From an uncultured Candidatus Saccharibacteria bacterium (GTDB lineage Bacteria > Patescibacteriota > Minisyncoccia > Phycocordibacterales > UBA9973), in NCBI GenBank assembly GCA_964474375.1, contig CAYYSG010000001.1, forward strand, positions 18,559-82,558: 64,000 nt of DNA, in the 5' to 3' direction. A program made the position numbers and the translations under genes. The first letter of the stretch is position 1; each line of letters starts with the position of its first letter. The notes under the pieces were generated by a model that was given only the letters and a program-made list of their open reading frames with translations, was not told where the DNA came from and ran no database searches. This document shows, one piece after another, positions 1 to 8,696 of this stretch.

Positions 1-1340
1 TTACAGAATTCAATTCTAGCTGTACTCCTGATGGTAAAGGCAAGGAATGTTATTCACCAGATAACTTTGACGCCAAATTCAAAGGTCCAATGAAATTGCA
101 GAATGCTCTTGCTGAATCACGTAACATACCTGCAGTGAAACTTCTTTATTTAGCAGGTATTACTGATTCTATTTCTACTGCTCGTTCAATGGGGGTAACG
201 ACTCTGACTAACCCCAAAGATTATGGTTTATCTTTAGTTCTTGGAGCTGGAGAAGTTAAATTACTAGACATGGTCTCAGCTTATGGAGTATTTGCAACAA
301 ACGGTATTAAACACGACCCTACTGGAATATTGCGAGTAGAAGACAAATCTGGAAAGGTACTCGAGGAATTCAAAGATTCCGAGGGTGACCAGATTTTGCC
401 TGACTATGTAGCTAGCGCTATATCATCCATATTATCAAGCGAAGACCTAAGAGCTCCGACTTTTGGTCGTGGTTCATCACTAAATGTACCTGGTTACAGT
501 GTTGCAGTTAAAACTGGTACCACTAACTCTAACCGTGACGCCTGGATAGTCGGATATTCCCCAAAGCTTGCCGTTGGTGCCTGGGCTGGGAATAATGACA
601 ACACTCCTATGAAAAAAGGTGGGGCTCAACTAGCTGGTCCTTTGTTCAACAAAGTCATGGCTAAATATATGCAAAAAGTTGGCGACGAGTCATTTGCGAC
701 TATACCTTTCCCTGATTTCGGAGGTGCGCCTATACTGCGTGGACACTGGCAAGGTGGTGAGAGCTTTTTTGTAGACAGTATTTCTGGGGGCCTCGCAACA
801 GACTTTACCCCAAAAGAAGCTCTTGTGGAAAAAGTGTTAACAAATGTGCATAACATACTATATTGGGTAGACAAAAATAATCCTACTGGTAACCCACCGC
901 AAAACCCCGAAAACGATCCCCAATTCAAGAACTGGGAATACGGTATCAGAAACTGGCTATCTAGAAATGGAGCCCAAGTAGTAAATGAGTCCAACATCCC
1001 TACATATTATGACAATGTTCATACTTCTATAATAAAAATACCAGTCGTAATAGATGGTTTTATAGACGGAACCGAGATTAAAAATAATGATAAAATAAAA
1101 ATTACAGTCCTACCTGAATCAAGTACTCTAAAAAATATAGACATTTATGTTGATTCTCGAAAAGTTACAACTCTATATAATGCGCCTTATGAATACGAAA
1201 TAGACATAGAATCATTAAAATTGCGCTCTGGTGCTCATATAATACGAGCGGTGGCTTATGACACCCTGCTGTATTCAGGTGAAGACACTATATCGTTCAC
1301 CATTAAAAAAGAAGAAGTTGTTATTCCACTCGAAGAATAG
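1..1340 (+). CDS. Penicillin-binding protein (class A PBP) transpeptidase domain plus C-terminal extension; 5' end lies outside the window (reading frame open from position 3)
   Basis: No stop codon between window start and the ATG at 90. Motifs SPDNFDAKFKGPM, RNIPAVKLL and KTGTTN (KTG box) are typical of PBP transpeptidase domains. A ~190-aa C-terminal tail follows. Confidence 0.7.
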   Translation, partial: TEFNSSCTPDGKGKECYSPDNFDAKFKGPMKLQNALAESRNIPAVKLLYLAGITDSISTARSMGVTTLTNPKDYGLSLVLGAGEVKLLDMVSAYGVFATNGIKHDPTGILRVEDKSGKVLEEFKDSEGDQILPDYVASAISSILSSEDLRAPTFGRGSSLNVPGYSVAVKTGTTNSNRDAWIVGYSPKLAVGAWAGNNDNTPMKKGGAQLAGPLFNKVMAKYMQKVGDESFATIPFPDFGGAPILRGHWQGGESFFVDSISGGLATDFTPKEALVEKVLTNVHNILYWVDKNNPTGNPPQNPENDPQFKNWEYGIRNWLSRNGAQVVNESNIPTYYDNVHTSIIKIPVVIDGFIDGTEIKNNDKIKITVLPESSTLKNIDIYVDSRKVTTLYNAPYEYEIDIESLKLRSGAHIIRAVAYDTLLYSGEDTISFTIKKEEVVIPLEE

Positions 1341-1572
1341 TAATTCCTTGTTTAGATAAATCTTCAATTATTTGGTCTTGGAAAGATACAACTTTGTGTC
1401 TTTTGGGGCCAAATAATTTTAGTTTAACTAGATTGTTTTTAATAACAAAATCTTTGTCTAACAGATCTACAGAAGTTATTTTTTTAACAACATTAATAAT
1501 TACTTCTTTTTCTAATTTTTTCTCAATTAGTTTTTTGTTTACATTTAGAAAGTAACTGTTAACATGGTCCAT
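1321..1572 (-). CDS. Small conserved protein directly downstream of dnaN; possibly DUF721 (RemB/DciA-like) family
   Basis: 83-aa ORF in the position occupied by DUF721/S4-like genes in dnaA-dnaN-recF loci. Hydrophobic pattern NLVKLKLFG...QDQIIEDLSKQGITI weakly resembles the DUF721 core. The family call is tentative. Confidence 0.3.
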   Translation of the reverse strand: MDHVNSYFLNVNKKLIEKKLEKEVIINVVKKITSVDLLDKDFVIKNNLVKLKLFGPKRHKVVSFQDQIIEDLSKQGITILRVE

Positions 1573-1578
1573 AAGCTT

Positions 1579-2667
1579 CTATATTGAGATAGGCATCATC
1601 AAATACCTAAAACTGTCTCCTTGTGCGCTCTTTGCTATAAAAGGCTTGTTATCGCCAAAATATGAAATAGTTGCACTGTCTCCCGGCATAGAATTAACCA
1701 ACGTTTTCAAATGACTACCTAGTAGTATGCCTGAAAAATTATCCCCTTCTATTTTTGAGTTTATTATATATTCACTATCACCTCCAGTAGATGTTTTTAC
1801 AGAAAAAATAGTATTTTCTTTTTGGACACTGAAATTAATATGGTTATTATCACTACGAAGTTGCATTAGGAATTTAAGTGCAGCGTCTAGATCTGCTTTT
1901 AGGAAAAATATTTTACTTTTTTCTTCTTTAGGAATAATAGCGGTGTAGTCTGGAAATAGCCCCATTGTTAGTTTAGCTACTATGGTTGTTGTTTTTGTTT
2001 TTATTTCAAACAAAGTTTCACTATATGAGCCAATAAGAGCTCCGTCACTTTGTTCTATTATTTTTAGAATATCCGATGCTTCACGTGCTGGTAGTAGAAA
2101 AGATACTTCTTTTGTAGTTGTAACTTGTTCTTTATATTCGATTAGTTGAAATGCATCTGTTGAAACAGAAGTTAGGCTATTGTTTTTAAAAGTTATAAAA
2201 AGAGAAGCTAATTCTGGCTTGATATCAGTAGTACTAGCTCCTGGTATTGTAATTTGAAAAGCTCTTTTTAAATTACTTGCTGGCAATGTTATGTTTTCCC
2301 CTGCCACAGTTGGTATACTCGGCATGTCTTCACCATTCTGGTATGGTAATTTAGCTTTTGCTATTTTTGTTTTGATTTCTACAAAATTTTCTTTAAAAAT
2401 AAAGTTTACTTCATTTGCATTACTCACACCTGAGAGTATTCTCTCTAGTGTTTGAGTTTCTACAAAAAATTCACCTTGTTCTTTGTTTTGTATTGGAAAA
2501 TTAACAATTACAGCTAAAGATAAATTAGTTGTACTAATTGTAAAACTACCATCTTTGATAGTTATTCTTGATAACTTTAAAGCTGGATGAATTATTCCTT
2601 TTAGAGAAATTCTTCCTATTGCTCTTATGATGTCATCTATGTATTTTTTCTCTATGCACAGTTCCAT
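1579..2667 (-). CDS. dnaN: DNA polymerase III beta subunit (sliding clamp)
   Basis: 362 aa, immediately downstream of dnaA on the same strand. Three-domain beta-clamp-like layout with a typical N-terminus (MELCIEKK...LKLSRITIKDGSFTISTTNLSLAV). Confidence 0.8.
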   Translation of the reverse strand: MELCIEKKYIDDIIRAIGRISLKGIIHPALKLSRITIKDGSFTISTTNLSLAVIVNFPIQNKEQGEFFVETQTLERILSGVSNANEVNFIFKENFVEIKTKIAKAKLPYQNGEDMPSIPTVAGENITLPASNLKRAFQITIPGASTTDIKPELASLFITFKNNSLTSVSTDAFQLIEYKEQVTTTKEVSFLLPAREASDILKIIEQSDGALIGSYSETLFEIKTKTTTIVAKLTMGLFPDYTAIIPKEEKSKIFFLKADLDAALKFLMQLRSDNNHINFSVQKENTIFSVKTSTGGDSEYIINSKIEGDNFSGILLGSHLKTLVNSMPGDSATISYFGDNKPFIAKSAQGDSFRYLMMPISI

Positions 2668-2840
2668 ATATTATTTATGTTTAAAATCTTATTAGTTCTA
2701 TTAAGCCTGTGGATTATGGATAACTCTTTATTATTGATGTATATAAAGGTTTTAAAAATATTCTTTTACACAATCAATCTTGTTAGTAAGGGTATATTAA
2801 TTTTCATTTGTATTATTTATTGACTTATCCACATTTTTTC
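2668..2840. promoter_or_regulatory. Candidate oriC: AT-rich dnaA-dnaN spacer with DnaA boxes
   Basis: Perfect DnaA box TTATCCACA at 2825..2833. Near-consensus boxes tgtggatta (2708..2716) and tatggataa (2715..2723). AT-rich tracts at 2670..2700 and 2725..2820. Confidence 0.6.
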
Positions 2841-4196
2841 CTATTTGAATAACGACCTTATCCTCTCCATTTCAGACATTAATCCAGTGTTTGTTTCTAA
2901 TTCTTGTTTAATTTTTTCATAACTGTGTATAACTGTCGTATGATCTTTACCTCCCATTTTTTGACCAATCAAAGGAAAAGATAGATTAAAATCCTCACGC
3001 AAGACATACATTATGATTTGTCTTACATGCACTACTTCTTTACGACGAGTTTTTTCATAAATAGAAGCACTGTCTAAATGATAAAATGACGATATTACTT
3101 TAACAACTTCTTCAACAGATATTTGTTTTTGGGATTTAACACTGTTTTTAATGATATCTTTGATTTCTTGCAGGGTCAGGTTTCTCTTCTTTATATCGGC
3201 CTGCAACGCGATTGTTTTTACGTTGCCCTCTATCTCTCGGATATTACCTTCAACTGATGCTGCAATGTATTCTACACTCTCTGTAGGCAAACCTACTCCT
3301 AGCTTAGACAAATTAGACCGTATTATAGCTACACGTGACTCATAATCAGGTTCATGAACATCAACGATCATTCCTTGGGAAAATCGTGAGCGTAGTCTGT
3401 CTTCTAACCCTGGAATATAGTTCGGGTGCTTATCAGATGAAAATATTATTTGTTTATTAGCTTCGTATAGCATGTTAAAAAGATGAAAAAGCTCATCTTG
3501 AACCTTCTCCCCTTTTCCTATCATTTGGATATCATCCATAACAAGTACATCATAAACACGATATTTGTCTTTAAATGTACCCATAGCTTTATTTTGAATA
3601 GCACTGACGCATTCTATTACAAACTTCTCAGCGCTAGTGTAAAAAACCTTCTTTTCAGGAAAATGTTTTTTAATAGCATTACCTACTGCTTCGATCATAT
3701 GAGTTTTACCAAGACCCGTGTTCCCGTATATAAAATATGGGTTATATAGCATACCTGGGCTACGAACTACAGCTTGTGCTCCAGCGTTGGCTAGCTCGTT
3801 AAACGAACCGACTATCATATTGTCGAATGTATAACGAGGATTCAGTCCGTCCTCTTTGTTTACATACATGTCCTGTATAGGTAAAGAAGGATTAGTAACC
3901 TGTTTCGGGTTTATTATTCTAGGTAGCGCTTCTGCATCGTATTTTGCTACAGTAAATTCTACATTTTTAATAAATGAAGCTTGGTCAACTAATGACTTTA
4001 ATATAACTTTATGAAATTTATTATAAAGCCAATCCTTTGCGAATTCATTTGGTACCCCAATGAACACAACACCATCTTCAATTTTTACTATATGAGTTTG
4101 TTTGAACCAAGTTGTAAAATTAGGTCTTGATACTATCTTTTCAAGGTTACTTAGGCACTCTTCCCAGAGACTCTTTGGGTCAACATCAGTTTGCAT
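2841..4196 (-). CDS. dnaA: Chromosomal replication initiator DnaA
   Basis: Walker A GNTGLGKTHM, Walker B/sensor LVMDDIQMIGKGEKVQDELFHLFN, and a C-terminal DnaA-box binding helix-turn-helix (VVHVRQIIMYVLRE). 451 aa. Confidence 0.95.
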   Translation of the reverse strand: MQTDVDPKSLWEECLSNLEKIVSRPNFTTWFKQTHIVKIEDGVVFIGVPNEFAKDWLYNKFHKVILKSLVDQASFIKNVEFTVAKYDAEALPRIINPKQVTNPSLPIQDMYVNKEDGLNPRYTFDNMIVGSFNELANAGAQAVVRSPGMLYNPYFIYGNTGLGKTHMIEAVGNAIKKHFPEKKVFYTSAEKFVIECVSAIQNKAMGTFKDKYRVYDVLVMDDIQMIGKGEKVQDELFHLFNMLYEANKQIIFSSDKHPNYIPGLEDRLRSRFSQGMIVDVHEPDYESRVAIIRSNLSKLGVGLPTESVEYIAASVEGNIREIEGNVKTIALQADIKKRNLTLQEIKDIIKNSVKSQKQISVEEVVKVISSFYHLDSASIYEKTRRKEVVHVRQIIMYVLREDFNLSFPLIGQKMGGKDHTTVIHSYEKIKQELETNTGLMSEMERIRSLFK

Positions 4197-4249
4197 AGAA
4201 CCATTATACTTAATATAAGGAATACCAGTATATTGAAAAATCTTATTAT

Positions 4250-4271
4250 CTGTGGGTAAGTTGTGTATAAC
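4250..4271. promoter_or_regulatory. Two DnaA-box-like sites upstream of dnaA
   Basis: tgtgggtaa (4251..4259) and tgtgtataa (4262..4270), each one mismatch from TGTGGATAA, in the divergent dnaA/rpmH spacer. Confidence 0.45.
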
Positions 4272-4290
4272 TAGTTAAAACTGTGGAATG

Positions 4291-4319
4291 TTGCTATTTT
4301 ATAACTTTTCTGGTATTAT
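4291..4319 (+). promoter_or_regulatory. Sigma70-like promoter for rpmH operon (TTGCTA-17nt-TATTAT), with the -10 ending 8 nt before the ATG
   Basis: ttgcta at 4291..4296, a 17-nt spacer, tattat at 4314..4319, and the rpmH ATG at 4328. This implies a leaderless or near-leaderless transcript. Confidence 0.4.
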
Positions 4320-4327
4320 CACCCTGT

Positions 4328-4462
4328 ATGTCAGTCACTTATAACCCAAACAAGAGAAAGCGCGCAAAAACTCACGGTTTTTTGGTGCGTACTGCTTCCA
4401 AAAACGGACAGAAAATCATCCAAGCTCGTCGCCGAAAGGGTCGTGCTAAGCTTGCAGTATAA
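4328..4462 (+). CDS. rpmH: 50S ribosomal protein L34
   Basis: Not in the ORF track because it is under 60 aa. Translation MSVTYNPNKRKRAKTHGFLVRTASKNGQKIIQARRRKGRAKLAV matches the L34 consensus (..KRKR..THGF..R...G..VL..RR.KGR..L). Confidence 0.9.
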   Translation: MSVTYNPNKRKRAKTHGFLVRTASKNGQKIIQARRRKGRAKLAV

Positions 4463-4467
4463 TAATT

Positions 4468-4785
4468 ATGCTTAAAAAAGAGTCAAAGCTAAACGCCGAA
4501 GACCTTTTAAAGCTTAAAAAGCAAGGTAAAAGAGTGTTTTCCACTCTTTTTTCTGTTACATATTTACCCGAAAAAACTTCTAAATATGCAGTTACTTGCC
4601 CTAAAAAGGTCTATAAAAACGCTGTGGACAGAAACCGTGCAAAAAGACGGGTTTTTTCGGTTATTTCTAAAATAACCCCACAAAATAAAGGTTTTTATGA
4701 ATTTTTTGTTAAAAATGACATAAATTCTCTAAAAATTGACGAAATTAGGTCAGAAATAGTTAGAATCCTATGTCCAAAATCGTAA
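4468..4785 (+). CDS. rnpA: Ribonuclease P protein component
   Basis: RnpA signature AVDRNRAKRR, and its position between rpmH and yidD. Confidence 0.85.
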   Translation: MLKKESKLNAEDLLKLKKQGKRVFSTLFSVTYLPEKTSKYAVTCPKKVYKNAVDRNRAKRRVFSVISKITPQNKGFYEFFVKNDINSLKIDEIRSEIVRILCPKS

Positions 4786-4997
4786 TTTGGCTTATAAATC
4801 AATATCAAAAGTATCTTTCCAGGGATACTGGAGTTTTTCCGTCCAAAACCCCAGTTTGTGTCTTCTACCCTACTTGTTCAGAATATTCAAAACAGGCTTT
4901 TATGAAGTTTGGATTTTTCAAAGCACTCTTTCTTTCAGTAAAAAGAATCTCAAGATGTCACCCTTGGCAAAAGAATCACTTTGACCCTTTGCCTTAG
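4770..4997 (+). CDS. yidD: Membrane protein insertion efficiency factor YidD
   Basis: Motifs CVFYPTCSEY...RISRCHPW (the conserved Cys/His motif of YidD). Overlaps the rnpA 3' end as is typical. Confidence 0.85.
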   Translation: MSKIVIWLINQYQKYLSRDTGVFPSKTPVCVFYPTCSEYSKQAFMKFGFFKALFLSVKRISRCHPWQKNHFDPLP

Positions 4998-5016
4998 CTC
5001 TGGTAGAATGCAAGCT

Positions 5017-5763
5017 ATGTGGAATACATTTATATATACACCAATATTAAACATATTGGTATTGCTTCTCTCTTACGTAACATTCGGCGACTTAGGTTTT
5101 GCTATAGTTATAATAACTATTTTAATCAAAGCATTACTCTTCCCTCTTTCTAAAAAGGCTACAGTTTCTCAGATTGAATTATCTCGAATACAAAGCGATA
5201 TCAATGCAATCAAAGCTAAAAAGCTTTCCAAAGAAGAAGAAGCTCGCGAAACATTTGCTTTGTATAAAGAAAAGAAGGTTAATCCTTTTTCTGGATGTCT
5301 TATTATGATAGTGCAGTTGCCAATAATCTTTGGACTATATTATGTATTTGCTCGAGGTTTGGATTTTTCAGTTGCTCCACTTTATTCTTTTGTGGAAGCT
5401 CCCGCTTATATAAACTCAATGTTTTTAGGGTTTATTGATTTACTAGCTGTTAAGTCTTTACCAATAGCAATCTTTACTGGTTTGACTCAGCTCGTACAAG
5501 CACATCTTTCCCCTACTCAGAAAATCCAAGCCAAGTCTAATTCTGGACAAACAGGATTTTCTGCTGACTTACAAAAAAGCATGCAAACTCAAATGAAATA
5601 CGTATTTCCTGTAATTGTTGGGTTTATTTCATACAAAATTCAGGCGGCTGTGGGTTTGTACTGGATAGTAAACAACCTGATTACAATAGTACAAGAAAGA
5701 GCTATTGCTAGGTCTGTTCATAAAAAGGATAATCTTGTAATAAAGTCAGAAATAGTTAAATAA
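5017..5763 (+). CDS. yidC: Membrane protein insertase YidC (short Oxa1-like form)
   Basis: Multi-TM protein with an LLFPLSKK...KEKKVNPFSGCLIMIVQLPI region like the YidC C1 loop / TM2 region. The ORF is open from 4981, and the start may be 5008 or 5017. Confidence 0.8.
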   Translation: MWNTFIYTPILNILVLLLSYVTFGDLGFAIVIITILIKALLFPLSKKATVSQIELSRIQSDINAIKAKKLSKEEEARETFALYKEKKVNPFSGCLIMIVQLPIIFGLYYVFARGLDFSVAPLYSFVEAPAYINSMFLGFIDLLAVKSLPIAIFTGLTQLVQAHLSPTQKIQAKSNSGQTGFSADLQKSMQTQMKYVFPVIVGFISYKIQAAVGLYWIVNNLITIVQERAIARSVHKKDNLVIKSEIVK

Positions 5764-5831
5764 GCTTGATTTATAAGCCTTATAAAAGTTAAAAACTTGA
5801 ATAAGGCTTTTTCTTATGCTACAGTCTTAAT

Positions 5832-6317
5832 ATGGTCAAAACTAATGCTGAAGCACAAGAATTTGTTAAAAACCTGCTAAACACCATAGATGCTAGCTAC
5901 GATAGCATCGAAACAGTGTTTGATGAGGATAGCGGTCTTACTACTATTAGTGTTAAATCAAAAGATGGACGGCTGCTTATCGGTAAAGACGGAGAAACCC
6001 TAAATGCACTATCGACTTTACTCCATAGATATTTAGAATCTGGACTAAAGGAAAATGAATCCCCTATTTCTATATCACTCGACGTTAACGATTTTCAAAA
6101 AAAGCATATTGAAGATATAAAAACCAAAGCTCATATGATGGCTGAACGTGCTAAATTCTTCAAATCTAGTATCGAGCTTGATCCAATGAATGGGTACGAG
6201 CGCAGAATCATTCATACATTTCTTGAGAAAGATAAAAATATTTTAACTGACTCGACAGGAGAAGGTAAAAACAGAAGAATTGTTATAACTTACACAGAAG
6301 ACAAAACCGCTATATAA
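5832..6317 (+). CDS. khpB: KhpB/Jag RNA-binding protein (Jag_N, KH, R3H)
   Basis: C-terminal R3H motif GYERRIIHTFL, and its position after yidC. Confidence 0.8.
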   Translation: MVKTNAEAQEFVKNLLNTIDASYDSIETVFDEDSGLTTISVKSKDGRLLIGKDGETLNALSTLLHRYLESGLKENESPISISLDVNDFQKKHIEDIKTKAHMMAERAKFFKSSIELDPMNGYERRIIHTFLEKDKNILTDSTGEGKNRRIVITYTEDKTAI

Positions 6318-6325
6318 TAGCGGTT

Positions 6326-7414
6326 TTACTTTTTAGCGCACCCTGTCCATCCATATATGGAAAAATGTCTACCGGTAACCCAGCTGTATGTTCCGGCGCC
6401 TAGTCCTAGGTCTTTTGCTTTTTTGACCATTGCATCACCTGTTTGTCCTTCAAAGACAGTACACAGTTTAGATTTATTCGCTGATTGGTCTATATAAGTC
6501 AGGACATCGATATCGTTATACAAGTTACTATCAGTAAAAGCAAAGTCAACACATCTTCCAGTTTTGTGGCATGAGTTTTTGTGTTTTACGCTTTGAGGCA
6601 TTGCCTCGGTTATTCTATAGTTTCCTTTTATTTTAGAATTTTGGTCTAGTAGTTTTTTAAAAGCAGCCAGTCTTTCAGCTAGTTCTTTCGAAGCGTATTT
6701 GCCATTTTTTGTTTCCCATCCAGATATTGTTAAGTCGCTACAGTCCCCTGTAACTTTTTCATTAGGTTCTCCTTGGCAGGTATCCTTTACGCTTGTGGCT
6801 TTGTCGTAATTAAAGTCTTTTATGATATTTCCATCTTCACCATATGTAAAACTAACAACTGGCCAGGTTCTGGTATTTATTAAATTCCCCCCTATTCTTA
6901 TCTTCACTAAATCAGGATTAATAGTATAAAGTATCAAATAAGCACAAAACATGAGTATAAGTCCTGCTATTGCTGTAGTTATTTTACTTCTACTATCACT
7001 TTTCTTCCATACGGTATCTGACCCCATATACTGCACTCCATAAACCATGATCATGACTACAGTAATAGCACCTGCCATAGCTATAGCTAGCCTTATTATA
7101 AAGTTTACAAAGTCAGAGAAGCCGCCTGTCTCACCTTCTTCTTTTTCTTTGTCTGTTAGTTCTCTACAGCCACGGATACTACCATCAGCGTTGTATTCTG
7201 GTTTACCCGTATCACAAATCTTATCTATATTGCCTATTTTGTTTATTAGTTTGTATGAATCAGGTTTAAAATTTACATTATTTGTGTTTGTGGTGGCTTT
7301 GAGAGTTGTACTAGTATCAACATAGCTATTAGTTAGTACAGGAGTTTGAGCTACGGCTGCACTGCTTAGAATAAATCCCCAAAATAAAATAAAAATAAAT
7401 ACTTTATTCTTCAT
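6326..7414 (-). CDS. Fusion protein: signal peptide plus VirB2/TrbC-pilin-like two-helix membrane module, then a Cys-rich LAS/M15-type peptidase-like domain
   Basis: N-terminus carries a signal peptide and two hydrophobic helices (FVNFIIRLAIAMAGAITVVMIMVYGV; ITTAIAGLILMFCAYLILYTI). C-terminus has SCHKTGRCVDFA (SxHxxGxxxD, LAS metallopeptidase-like) and a later GRHFSIYGW His. Confidence 0.4.
   Translation of the reverse strand: MKNKVFIFILFWGFILSSAAVAQTPVLTNSYVDTSTTLKATTNTNNVNFKPDSYKLINKIGNIDKICDTGKPEYNADGSIRGCRELTDKEKEEGETGGFSDFVNFIIRLAIAMAGAITVVMIMVYGVQYMGSDTVWKKSDSRSKITTAIAGLILMFCAYLILYTINPDLVKIRIGGNLINTRTWPVVSFTYGEDGNIIKDFNYDKATSVKDTCQGEPNEKVTGDCSDLTISGWETKNGKYASKELAERLAAFKKLLDQNSKIKGNYRITEAMPQSVKHKNSCHKTGRCVDFAFTDSNLYNDIDVLTYIDQSANKSKLCTVFEGQTGDAMVKKAKDLGLGAGTYSWVTGRHFSIYGWTGCAKK
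6891..7123 (-). repeat. 233-bp direct repeat copy A (100 percent identical to 9403..9635)
   Basis: Read base by base: identical from cctattcttatcttcactaaatcagg to aagtcagagaagcc. Lies inside the pilin-like module coding region of 6326..7414. Confidence 0.85.
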
Positions 7415-8654
7415 AAGACCACAAGCTCATATTTTTTTTATTTATAAAGCTAATCAAATTACCGGAATTATTTATAGATGTTTTCCATACATCAATAGGA
7501 TTTTGGGCATCAGATGATATTTGGGACATTTCGCGAGCATTTAAATTCATAGTGGTATAACGAACGATTCCGTCATTTGTTTCTATTTCCCCGCTGTACC
7601 ATGCATCAGGATACAACACATTGTCGAAAGACTTTGGCACTGCACAAGTAAAAATAGTTTCATCAGAACTCCATGAACATTTTTCAACTAGACCCATTTT
7701 GCCTAACTGGCGCATTGTGCCATCTTTTAAATTATATGTAGACATAACCGGACCAGATTGCTCGGTCACTGCCCGCAGGATATAGTTTCCATCAGGTGAG
7801 ACTTTTGTGGTTAGGCCATTTAAATTCCCCCAGATTTTAGTTAGTTTTTTATTTTTTAGATCCAGGGTATAGGCAAACCCAGGTGCTAATTCTGTAGCTT
7901 TTGTTGTTAACAGTAGTTTTTCTTTGTTTATAAATTTAACGTGCCATTCACTAATAGGTGAAGAATAAACCAGCTCATCTTTAGCTGATTTTTCCATAAA
8001 TATACTAGAGCCATTTTGGTTTTTGCTAATGTATATAAATTCTCCGTCTTTAGCAAAGTCAAAAGAGATTATGTTGTCCGGCAATATTTTTACAGAATCC
8101 CTCCCTAGTGTTCCTAAGACTGATTTTTCTGTTATCATATCGGCATCTAAATATCTAAACAAAACCCTATTTCCATCTGGTGAAAAGTCAGCAAACAAAA
8201 CCCTAGGCAATGCCGTGTCGGATATTAAATAACTATTACTGTATTTAGGAATATAGTCATAAATATAACCATTTTCTCGGGATACATATCTAATAGCATC
8301 TATTTGGTCATATATTTTATTACCTTTTGCGTCGACGCCAGTTTCGCCGGCTATTTCGTCGTCTCTTCTTACTATAATAGAACCAGCTACGTTTTCAGCA
8401 ATGAGTTCTGGGTATCCAGTTGTATTTACTGCACTATCCCCCTCATCACCTCCACCAGGCAGTATGTCTCTTATAATGTCACCAATAGTACTGCCATCAT
8501 TATTACCAAAAGGTAAAAAATCTTTAGCTGTTATTTCAGTTATTTGGCCACTGTCTAGTTGTTTTTTTAGTGAGTTATTACGAATAACCATAAAACCAGC
8601 CATTCCTATTATTAGAATAACTAAAATTATTCGTATTAGTCTGCCTTTGTGCAT
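7404..8654 (-). CDS. Membrane-anchored beta-propeller protein (TolB/PD40-like repeats)
   Basis: N-terminal TM anchor (IRIILVILIIGMAGFMVI) and repeated SPDGNRVLF / SPDGNYIL PD40-like motifs. Confidence 0.5.
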   Translation of the reverse strand: MHKGRLIRIILVILIIGMAGFMVIRNNSLKKQLDSGQITEITAKDFLPFGNNDGSTIGDIIRDILPGGGDEGDSAVNTTGYPELIAENVAGSIIVRRDDEIAGETGVDAKGNKIYDQIDAIRYVSRENGYIYDYIPKYSNSYLISDTALPRVLFADFSPDGNRVLFRYLDADMITEKSVLGTLGRDSVKILPDNIISFDFAKDGEFIYISKNQNGSSIFMEKSAKDELVYSSPISEWHVKFINKEKLLLTTKATELAPGFAYTLDLKNKKLTKIWGNLNGLTTKVSPDGNYILRAVTEQSGPVMSTYNLKDGTMRQLGKMGLVEKCSWSSDETIFTCAVPKSFDNVLYPDAWYSGEIETNDGIVRYTTMNLNAREMSQISSDAQNPIDVWKTSINNSGNLISFINKKNMSLWSYEE

Positions 8655-8696
8655 AAAATTATTATAACATAGAGATGTCGTAATAATTAGTGTTAA

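Noticed and set aside
626-997. 123-aa minus-strand ORF
   Set aside because: Antisense within the PBP transpeptidase gene.
4451-4470. TATAAT hexamer directly before the rnpA start as a promoter
   Set aside because: rnpA follows rpmH by 5 nt in a conserved operon. AT-rich sequence produces TATAAT by chance.
7047-7325. 92-aa plus-strand ORF starting MIMTTVIAPAIAIASLI (and twin at 9559..9771)
   Set aside because: Lies inside the 233-bp repeat on the opposite strand of the pilin-like module. Duplicated only because the repeat is duplicated.
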